Positions 1 through 7,328 of a stretch of DNA of 38,153 nt are shown one piece after another. Position 1 is the stretch's first letter, and the number at the start of each line of letters is the position of its first letter. The position numbers and the translations under genes were made by a program. The notes beneath the pieces were generated by a model. It searched no databases, had not been told where the DNA came from, and worked only from the letters and a program-made list of their open reading frames with translations. The stretch is from a virus (Duplodnaviria > Caudoviricetes), in IMG/VR virus record IMGVR_UViG_3300022853_000046, positions 1 to 38,153 of that record. The stretch is one strand, 5' to 3'.

Positions 1-1
1 A

Positions 2-577
2 AGTTCAGCATCACAAGGTTTATTGATGCCAAAACTTCAGTATAGATTTAGAGTTGTACTGGAGAACTTTGGTGTATCCACACCTCGATCAGAACTTACT
101 AAACAGGTAATGGATGTGACTCGACCAAACTTAACTTTTGATGATATCACACTAGATGTGTACAACTCAAAAGTATATCTACCAGGCAAACACACCTGGG
201 AAGCCATCACTATTAACCTTAGAGATGATGTTAACAACTCAGTTTCTAAACTGGTGGGCGAACAGGTTCAAAAACAATTTGATTTCTTTGAACAAGCCAG
301 TGCCGCATCAGGCATTGATTACAAATTTACAACACGTATTGAGATGTTGGACGGTGGTAATGGAGCCACAGCACCAGGTATATTAGAAACTTGGGAATTG
401 TACGGTTCTTACGTACAATCTGTGAACTACAACTCACTGGCATATGCAACTTCAGAGGTAGCAACCATCACTCTGTCTATCAAATACGACAATGCTATCC
501 AAACACCACAAGGTACAGGTATTGGAAGTGCTGTTACAAGAACAATAGGTACACTATCCACAGGCGGTGGTATCTAA
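2..577 (+). CDS. Tail tube protein (T4 gp19-like), 5'-truncated by window edge
   Basis: Frame is open from base 2 (SSASQGLLMPKLQYRFRV), so the true start is probably upstream. Tube-like motifs RPNLTFD..., YLPGKHTWEAITINLRDD, WELYGSY..., ITLSIKYDNA. Confidence 0.8.
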   Translation, partial: SSASQGLLMPKLQYRFRVVLENFGVSTPRSELTKQVMDVTRPNLTFDDITLDVYNSKVYLPGKHTWEAITINLRDDVNNSVSKLVGEQVQKQFDFFEQASAASGIDYKFTTRIEMLDGGNGATAPGILETWELYGSYVQSVNYNSLAYATSEVATITLSIKYDNAIQTPQGTGIGSAVTRTIGTLSTGGGI

Positions 578-602
578 TTTCGATAACATTTAAAAGTAAA
601 AG

Positions 603-627
603 AAGCGCCTTTAACGGCGCTTTTTTT
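603..627 (+). terminator. Rho-independent terminator after tail tube gene
   Basis: AAGCGCC (603-609), loop TTTAAC, GGCGCTT (616-622), running into a T7 tract (621-627). Confidence 0.85.
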
Positions 628-634
628 ATGGCCA

Positions 635-640
635 TAAATA
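635..640 (+). promoter_or_regulatory. T4-like late promoter core TAAATA
   Basis: cATAAATA 6 nt before ATG 647; resembles the T4 late consensus TATAAATA and recurs before many virion genes. Confidence 0.7.
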
Positions 641-646
641 TGATAT

Positions 647-2053
647 ATGCCAAGTATTAATAATTTTTTAGCAGGTTTCTCAGATGGTCTTCCGGGCATG
701 AAAGACTATGCTCATGCATCGAGATTGTACGTAGACGATAATTTCAAATTGATGCCCAAGCAGAAGTTCATGTTCCACGTGGTCATCAATGTGGACGACT
801 CAAAATTTACAAGAGCATTAACATCCAGTGAAAAATACGAACTCAATATGCTGGTTCGTTCTTGTACATTACCCAAATATAATTTCAATGTGGAAGAGAA
901 AAATCAGTACAACAAGAAAGTGTACATTCCATCCAGGCTCACATACGAACCTGTTAACATCACGTTCCATGACGATCACGCAGACACTGTGAATGCATTC
1001 TGGAAAGCCTACTACGAGTACAACATACAAGATTCATTCGGTATGGCGTTATCCACGCCGGGTATGGAAGAAAAAGATGATTATTATAATGCTACTAGAA
1101 CAAAATCACAATATGGTCTTGATGGTGCACAAAAAAGTGGAGAACCTCTTATAAAAAGCATACAGATATTTGCTCTACACAAACAACAATTTACAAGTTT
1201 CACATTAGTTAATCCTGTTATTACAACATTTGCTCATGACGATTTGGATCAAACAGACGGAACAGGACTTATGGCCAACACCATGCAGATTGTTTATCAA
1301 ACAGTGCTTTACGGTGCTGGCAAAATTGTAAGAAATGGAACACCTGCAGGATTTGCTACCATACATTATGATCTGTCACCATCACCATTGAGTGTGCTGG
1401 GCGGCGGAACTCAATCTATATTTGGAGCAGGTGGTATTGTGGATGGTATAGGATCTGTGTTGGGTGACATTCAAAATGGTAACTTTGGAGTGGGTACGAT
1501 TCTAAAAGGTATCAACACCTACAACAATGCTAAAAAAATCAAAGCCAAAGATGCAGTCAAAGAAGAATTAAAAGGCATAGTCAAAGAGGGTGTGTTAGAT
1601 ATTGGCAAACAAGCAGGCACAAATACAAATCCTGTTGGAGAATTTTCTATAGGAAATGTTGCCACAGCCGCAGTACTTACTGGTGCTGGAGTTGCTGTTG
1701 CTCGAGGACTAACAGACAATGCAGATAATAAAAACAGGAACACAACTGTACAGAGCTATGTGATAGACACCGCTAACTATCTATCACCCACAGAAGCATA
1801 CAATTTAATTAATTCTAATGCCACTTTAAAAGATCAAGTAGCCTCGAGCATTTATTATAAAATAATAGGTTCACGACAGGGCAATACTATTGCAGAGAGT
1901 GATATTAACTATGCCGCACTAACCACCAATCAAAAATTTGTATACCAATCTAGAGCACTCACAGATATTGCAAAATTGGTCACTGAGGGCTATATAAAAA
2001 TTAACAGAAACTCTAAAGATGTTACTATTAATGTAGAAAGGGCAAATCTATAA
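647..2053 (+). CDS. Tail-tube-fold baseplate/tube initiator-like virion protein (gp48/gp54-like N-domain, Gly-rich C-region)
   Basis: 468 aa; LVRSCTLPKYNF...RLTYEPVNITFHDD resembles the gp19/gp54 fold; adjacent to the tube gene and under TAAATA. Confidence 0.55.
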   Translation: MPSINNFLAGFSDGLPGMKDYAHASRLYVDDNFKLMPKQKFMFHVVINVDDSKFTRALTSSEKYELNMLVRSCTLPKYNFNVEEKNQYNKKVYIPSRLTYEPVNITFHDDHADTVNAFWKAYYEYNIQDSFGMALSTPGMEEKDDYYNATRTKSQYGLDGAQKSGEPLIKSIQIFALHKQQFTSFTLVNPVITTFAHDDLDQTDGTGLMANTMQIVYQTVLYGAGKIVRNGTPAGFATIHYDLSPSPLSVLGGGTQSIFGAGGIVDGIGSVLGDIQNGNFGVGTILKGINTYNNAKKIKAKDAVKEELKGIVKEGVLDIGKQAGTNTNPVGEFSIGNVATAAVLTGAGVAVARGLTDNADNKNRNTTVQSYVIDTANYLSPTEAYNLINSNATLKDQVASSIYYKIIGSRQGNTIAESDINYAALTTNQKFVYQSRALTDIAKLVTEGYIKINRNSKDVTINVERANL

Positions 2054-2430
2054 TGGCTGAATTTTATACTAATCTTCCACAAAAAAACAAAGACAATCTA
2101 GATAAAACGATAGATGCATTGACCAACACTCAATACACAGAAAAATTTGAATTCAATCAGAATGATCTAGATGCCGCAATTAGTTTTTTTGTAAAGAGTG
2201 GGTTTGACAGACAACCTGCTGAAGAAACGGCTTATGTAATTTTACAACAGGCTAAAATTGATTCCGTACCGTCACAGCAAATCATCGACAGCTTAACAAA
2301 AGCAACTCCCACACAACTTTCAGAACTAATCACAGTGGTGCTGAACGCCAACAGATATAAATCCAGCAGGGTAGGTGTGCGATCCACTCGCACTGCCAAA
2401 GACTTTGTATCAAGAAATATCGTTTCATAA
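2053..2430 (+). CDS. Hypothetical phage protein (likely virion/assembly)
   Basis: 125 aa; TAATG overlaps with both neighbours. Confidence 0.6.
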   Translation: MAEFYTNLPQKNKDNLDKTIDALTNTQYTEKFEFNQNDLDAAISFFVKSGFDRQPAEETAYVILQQAKIDSVPSQQIIDSLTKATPTQLSELITVVLNANRYKSSRVGVRSTRTAKDFVSRNIVS

Positions 2431-2864
2431 TGCATTTTGCTCGAGGGAAATACACACTCAAGAACCCAGGAAAGTATGTGGGCACAAAAACACCCACCTA
2501 TAGAAGCAGTTGGGAGCACTCTTTTATGCGATTGTGTGATGAACATCCTAATGTGTATCAGTGGGCATCAGAAGCCATACGTATTCCCTATCGTCATCCT
2601 ATCACAGGCAAGCACACAATCTATGTACCTGATTTTTTCATAGTTTACATGGACAAAGAGGGGCGTAAACACGCCGAGATGATCGAAGTTAAGCCTATGA
2701 ACCAGACCACCATGGAAAGAGCTGGTAAAAGCATGGGAAGAAAAACTCAAGTGGTAATTAACCATGCCAAATGGGAAGCCGCAAATGCCTATGCTCGACA
2801 GAGACGTATAACATTCCGTGTTGTGTCAGAAGAACAACTATTCCATCAAGGCAAACGTAAGTAA
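2430..2864 (+). CDS. Head completion nuclease (T4 gp4-like, TnsA-type PD-(D/E)xK fold)
   Basis: KNPGKYVG, YRSSWE, WASE..IPY, YVPDF, EVKP, KWEAA motifs typical of gp4. Confidence 0.85.
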   Translation: MHFARGKYTLKNPGKYVGTKTPTYRSSWEHSFMRLCDEHPNVYQWASEAIRIPYRHPITGKHTIYVPDFFIVYMDKEGRKHAEMIEVKPMNQTTMERAGKSMGRKTQVVINHAKWEAANAYARQRRITFRVVSEEQLFHQGKRK

Positions 2865-2874
2865 ATAAAACACA

Positions 2875-3399
2875 ATGACAAAGAAATTAGAAGACATCCT
2901 CAATCTACCCAACGTCAAAGAAGCATTTAAAAAAGTAGACAGCAAAGAAAAAGAAAAAACAAACAGAGAAGCAGGCAGAGAAATCCCCAAGAATGTGGAT
3001 GCCAAGACGGCCGCGGCACTGAAGGCTACCTATGCAGAATTTGATAAAATCGAAAGAGCACTGCCTCAGGTAAAAGGACTGGGCGAACTGTCAGATTTAG
3101 AAATGGACAAGCTGGCTGTGGAAGCAGAAGAGAGCTACAAGAACCTAATGGATCTAGGTATGAATGTGGACTCACGCTATTCAGGACGTATATTTGAGGT
3201 TGCATCAGGCATGTTGCGTAATGCCATAGACGCTAAGAACAACAAGATTGCGAATAAATTAAGGATGGTGGAACTGCAACTTAAGAAGATGAAATTAGAC
3301 AGCGATACCTCCGGAGAAGGCACAGCGGCAGTAGAATCAGAAGGACACATCATATCTGACCGTAACGAATTAATGAAGAAGTTAATGAAAAAAGACTAA
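2875..3399 (+). CDS. Probable terminase small subunit (gp16-like)
   Basis: Helical 174 aa; GRIFEVASGML...KLRMVELQLKKMK...IISDRNELMKKL parallels the gp16 pattern PRAYEVAxxL...LxxLQ...GSTxEL; upstream of terL; TAAATA at 2862. Confidence 0.5.
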   Translation: MTKKLEDILNLPNVKEAFKKVDSKEKEKTNREAGREIPKNVDAKTAAALKATYAEFDKIERALPQVKGLGELSDLEMDKLAVEAEESYKNLMDLGMNVDSRYSGRIFEVASGMLRNAIDAKNNKIANKLRMVELQLKKMKLDSDTSGEGTAAVESEGHIISDRNELMKKLMKKD

Positions 3400-3409
3400 A
3401 TAACACACT

Positions 3410-4003
3410 ATGAGCGAATTTGCACGGTATCTAACAGAATCTATCAAAGAATACGACTATAAAATTAAAGTCGCAGGTCAAATAAGTGACGATTTTGCTA
3501 ACAGGTTAGAAACTGCCTGCCAAAAGTTTGAGGTTAAAAAACTTTCAGCAGGTAAAAAAACTCCCATCCAGGAGATGCCGTTGGATTTCCCAATGTTGAA
3601 AAACATGGAAGTCACAATATACGAATTAAAAACAGCTTATCCGGTTTCATCACATGAATTAAAAGAATATCTAGCATACTACTTGAACCTTCCAAAGAAT
3701 CAACTTGTGGTTCGTAAACCAGGAGAACCCACAGAAGAGTATCAAGAAAAACCGGCACAGTCAGAATACAAATCAAAATTACAAGACATCGAATATGGTG
3801 ATGCTCCCAAAGTGGAAGCAGATAAAATTTATGGTGATAAAGCGAATGCTTCTCTGTTGAAAGAATTATTAAAAGACAAGAAAAAACAAGAGTTTGCTAA
3901 AACAGAAAAAACTCAAGACACACAGAGCAAGGAATCAGAAAATAATCCTGCTCCATTTACAAAAGTAAACAACCCACACCCTGATCCAAAAAGGAAAAAA
4001 TAA
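3410..4003 (+). CDS. Hypothetical virion (head) protein
   Basis: 197 aa; N-terminal FARYLTES resembles T4-like prohead-protease-processed leaders; TAAATA at 3397. Confidence 0.55.
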   Translation: MSEFARYLTESIKEYDYKIKVAGQISDDFANRLETACQKFEVKKLSAGKKTPIQEMPLDFPMLKNMEVTIYELKTAYPVSSHELKEYLAYYLNLPKNQLVVRKPGEPTEEYQEKPAQSEYKSKLQDIEYGDAPKVEADKIYGDKANASLLKELLKDKKKQEFAKTEKTQDTQSKESENNPAPFTKVNNPHPDPKRKK

Positions 4004-4004
4004 T

Positions 4005-4883
4005 ATGGAAATGCTAGACGTACTAAACAGACTAAAAGAAATTAATGAATCAACTCCAGGATTGGTGGACGATGCTATTGATAATGTTACAAGAACAAAT
4101 CCAAAACAAACTGAAGCGATAGTTTCAGCTGAAGCGATAGTTTCAGAAGACTCGCAAGATTACAGTAAAATGACAGACAAAGAATTAACAGACACGTACA
4201 ACGCTGTCATGGCAAATGCTTATGCAGGTGATGCAGGTGCTATCGAAGACGAAATGAAAAAACGTAATTTAGAAGAAAACAAAAAACCAATCGAAGAGGC
4301 AAAACCAGACTTCTTGGACATGGACAAAGACGGCGACAAGAAAGAGCCCATGAAAAAAGCCATCAAGGATAAAGAAGTCGTAAAAGAAGAAGACGCCTAC
4401 GACAACGATAGATTTATTATCAAAAATGGTAAAGCGACAGTAGATAATTCTAATACAGCTGATAAAAAAGATCACGTACATGCGCCAGACGCTGAGACAG
4501 CTCTACAACTTCATAAACAAGGGAAAAAAGTTTACAAAGAAGCAGTTCAAATATCAGCAGACACCCCACAAGAAGCATCAATGATGATGCAGATATTAAA
4601 ACTAGCAGGCATTGACCCACAACCGGTTGATGATCAAACAATTAACCAACATGAAGAAAATTATGCCAACGAACCAGATGAAAAAACACAAGACACAGAC
4701 ACACTTGTTAATTTCCATTCAGGCGGACTGAACAGACAAAAAGGCACACATCCAAAAGTCGCAGGCGGAGATAATCCAATGCAAAAAGCAACAGAAAATA
4801 TGACTGATTCTTTAAGAAAACAATATGCTGAATTTAAAGCAAATTATTTGAATGCAGTTAACGAGCAAAAGAAGGATAGATAA
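4005..4883 (+). CDS. Acidic/charged head internal (core-like) protein
   Basis: 292 aa, D/E/K-rich, many I/L/V-x-E sites, DxDxDG motif (DFLDMDKDGD). Confidence 0.55.
   Translation: MEMLDVLNRLKEINESTPGLVDDAIDNVTRTNPKQTEAIVSAEAIVSEDSQDYSKMTDKELTDTYNAVMANAYAGDAGAIEDEMKKRNLEENKKPIEEAKPDFLDMDKDGDKKEPMKKAIKDKEVVKEEDAYDNDRFIIKNGKATVDNSNTADKKDHVHAPDAETALQLHKQGKKVYKEAVQISADTPQEASMMMQILKLAGIDPQPVDDQTINQHEENYANEPDEKTQDTDTLVNFHSGGLNRQKGTHPKVAGGDNPMQKATENMTDSLRKQYAEFKANYLNAVNEQKKDR
4111..4146 (+). repeat. Perfect 18-bp tandem duplication (in frame)
   Basis: CTGAAGCGATAGTTTCAG x2 (4111-4128, 4129-4146), encoding EAIVS-A-EAIVS. Confidence 0.95.
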
Positions 4884-4888
4884 TTAGT

Positions 4889-5272
4889 ATGGCAACAGTT
4901 ACTCTAACAGGAAACGGTCGACAAGCTACAGTAGGTACTGTGTATTCTCCTAATGCAACAGCTTGGCTGTTTACAATTAAAAATGAAAGTGCTTCTGCAA
5001 TTGACTTACGAGCAGAAGATGATGCTGTAGATGAAACAGTAGAACAAATAGTAAGAGAATTTAATCCTCTAGCGTATTTTATTACCAACTCAACCGCAGG
5101 CACAATGCACATGATTCTAGATAAAGGTCAAAGCACCGCCGCTGATTTACAGGTTCAATTAAGAAGAATTGGCAAAGATGCAGGAACGGCTACTGTAACA
5201 TCGGTTGGTCCTAATGATATTGATATTAGCGGATCAACAGTAGCGATTGCGGCTACATTTTTGGTAGCATAA
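4889..5272 (+). CDS. Small virion protein, paralog 1 (possible capsid decoration protein)
   Basis: 127 aa, A/T/V-rich; clearly paralogous to the next ORF (VGTxYSPN, LFTIKN, DLRAEDDA, EFNPL, GTMHxILDK). Confidence 0.6.
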   Translation: MATVTLTGNGRQATVGTVYSPNATAWLFTIKNESASAIDLRAEDDAVDETVEQIVREFNPLAYFITNSTAGTMHMILDKGQSTAADLQVQLRRIGKDAGTATVTSVGPNDIDISGSTVAIAATFLVA

Positions 5273-5281
5273 ATAATAGCG

Positions 5282-5671
5282 ATGGCAACACTTACAAGAC
5301 AATTTGCAGGACAAGTACAAACAACAGTGGGAACGATGTATTCTCCCAACTGTAATGCGTATCTTTTCACAATCAAAAATGGCCCTTCAGCTTCTGCTGT
5401 GGTTGATTTACGAGCAGAAGATGATGCTATTAACGAAACAGTAGAAATAATTTTAAAAGAATTTAATCCTCTTCTTTACTTTATTAAAAATGATGCATCG
5501 GGTACAATGCACATAATACTCGATAAAAATCAAAACAACGTTGCAGACTTACAACTTCGATTAAGAGGCATTTCTGAATCAAACGACGACGGATCTACAG
5601 TGGGTGCTAACAATATTGATGTTAGTGGTTCACTAGTTGTTGCGGCTAGTTCAATAGCAATAACTGCATAA
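5282..5671 (+). CDS. Small virion protein, paralog 2
   Basis: 129 aa tandem paralog of 4889..5272; TAAATA at 5270. Confidence 0.6.
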   Translation: MATLTRQFAGQVQTTVGTMYSPNCNAYLFTIKNGPSASAVVDLRAEDDAINETVEIILKEFNPLLYFIKNDASGTMHIILDKNQNNVADLQLRLRGISESNDDGSTVGANNIDVSGSLVVAASSIAITA

Positions 5672-5710
5672 TCAACATATATTATTTTATAATTGGTTAA
5701 GTTTTTAACT

Positions 5711-5716
5711 TAAATA
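5711..5716 (+). promoter_or_regulatory. Late promoter core TAAATA (TAAATACTGT)
   Basis: 5 nt before terminase ATG 5722; the same 10-mer TAAATACTGT occurs at 7319 and 28281. Confidence 0.7.
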
Positions 5717-5721
5717 CTGTT

Positions 5722-7317
5722 ATGGCATACGTATCACTGGATTCTGACCAGATTAAAAAAGCAAATAAGAAGCACAAATACACTCACGAACAAGTAATAA
5801 AACTAGAAAAGTGTATGGATCCTAAAACAGGTCCTCTGTACTTCATGAAAGAATTTATAAAGATTCAGCATCCTACCAAAGGATCAATGGCTTTTATTCC
5901 GTTTCCATACCAAGAGAGATTGATTGAAAGTTACAACAGTCATCGTTTTTCCATTGCTATGCTACCTCGACAAACAGGCAAGACCACCTGTGCGGCTGGC
6001 TACCTTATATGGTATGCAATGTTCAGACCAGATTCTCAAATACTGATCGCGGCACACAAGTATGCAGGAGCATCAGACATTATGTCACGAGTACGTTATG
6101 GATATGAGATGTTGCCTTCGTGGATCAAAGCAGGTGTCACACAGTACAACAGAAACTCTATAGAATTTGACAACGGTTCAAAGATTTCAGCAACCACCAC
6201 AACTGAAAATACAGGACGGGGTATGTCCTTAACACTGGTTTATTGTGATGAGTTTGCATTTGTGCAACCACCGGAGAAAGCAAAAGAATTCTGGACTTCG
6301 TTGTCTCCTACCCTTTCCACAGGAGGAAAATGTTTGATTACTTCTACACCCAATTCGGATGAAGATCAGTTCGCTCTTATTTGGAAAGAAGCACTAAAAA
6401 GAATTGACGAGTTTGGCAATGACACAGTAACAGGTACTAATGGTTTCTATGCCATGAAAGCACACTGGTCGGAACATCCTGATCGAGACGAAGTGTGGGC
6501 CGCGGCTGAGAAATCTAGAATTGGCACAGAACGATTTAGACGAGAGCACGAATGTGAATTTTTAATCTACGACGAAACTCTAATATCCAGTATGAGGCTT
6601 ATTGAAATGGAAGGCAAAGATCCTATTTGGAATCAAGGTCAAGTGCGTTGGTATGCAAAACCCAAACCCAAACACACCTACATGGTGGCGCTGGATCCTT
6701 CGCTGGGCTCTGGAGGCGATTACTCAGCTATACAGATATTTGAATTACCCACATTTAAACAGGTGGGGGAATGGCATCATAACACCACGCCTGCCAATCA
6801 ACAGATAAGAATTCTACAATCCATAACCAAGTATATCCATGACACAATAATGGAACAAGATTCCCAAGCACAACCCAGCATATTCTATTCTATGGAAAAC
6901 AACACACTGGGAGAAGCGGCTCTAAACAGGGTCATGGACATAGGTGAGGAAAACATAATGGGCTCGTTCCTGTCAGAACCTATTAGGAAAGGTCATCGTA
7001 GAAAATTTAGAAGAGGATTTAACACCACTGCCAAGCACAAAATTGATGCTTGTGCCAAGTTTAAAGAGCTGGTTGAAAACAATAAAATGGAAATTAACTC
7101 TAAAGCTCTAATATCAGAGTTAAAGAGTTTTGTTGCTTCGGGGGTATCATTTAAGGGTAAACCCGGTGAACACGATGACCTTGTGTCGTCGGCACTGTTA
7201 ATGACTCGTATGATGAAAGTGTTAGCAGACTTTGATCCTAAGATATTTGAGCAATGGACCAACAGAAGTTCTGAATGGACAGCACCCATGCCAATTTTTG
7301 CTAATCTAGGCGTTTAA
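5722..7317 (+). CDS. terL: Terminase large subunit (T4 gp17-like)
   Basis: PYQERL Q-motif, Walker A PRQTGKTT, Walker B YCDEFAF, ITSTPN, nuclease LDPSLG...DYSA and HDDLV. Confidence 0.95.
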   Translation: MAYVSLDSDQIKKANKKHKYTHEQVIKLEKCMDPKTGPLYFMKEFIKIQHPTKGSMAFIPFPYQERLIESYNSHRFSIAMLPRQTGKTTCAAGYLIWYAMFRPDSQILIAAHKYAGASDIMSRVRYGYEMLPSWIKAGVTQYNRNSIEFDNGSKISATTTTENTGRGMSLTLVYCDEFAFVQPPEKAKEFWTSLSPTLSTGGKCLITSTPNSDEDQFALIWKEALKRIDEFGNDTVTGTNGFYAMKAHWSEHPDRDEVWAAAEKSRIGTERFRREHECEFLIYDETLISSMRLIEMEGKDPIWNQGQVRWYAKPKPKHTYMVALDPSLGSGGDYSAIQIFELPTFKQVGEWHHNTTPANQQIRILQSITKYIHDTIMEQDSQAQPSIFYSMENNTLGEAALNRVMDIGEENIMGSFLSEPIRKGHRRKFRRGFNTTAKHKIDACAKFKELVENNKMEINSKALISELKSFVASGVSFKGKPGEHDDLVSSALLMTRMMKVLADFDPKIFEQWTNRSSEWTAPMPIFANLGV

Positions 7318-7328
7318 ATAAATACTGT

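Noticed and set aside
2430-2864. TnsA transposase or homing endonuclease (mobile element)
   Set aside because: Motifs and virion-module context match T4 gp4 head-completion nuclease; no tnsB/C or terminal repeats.
4889-5671. Diversity-generating retroelement template/variable repeat pair
   Set aside because: Both copies are full ORFs diverged at all base types, and no reverse transcriptase is in the window.
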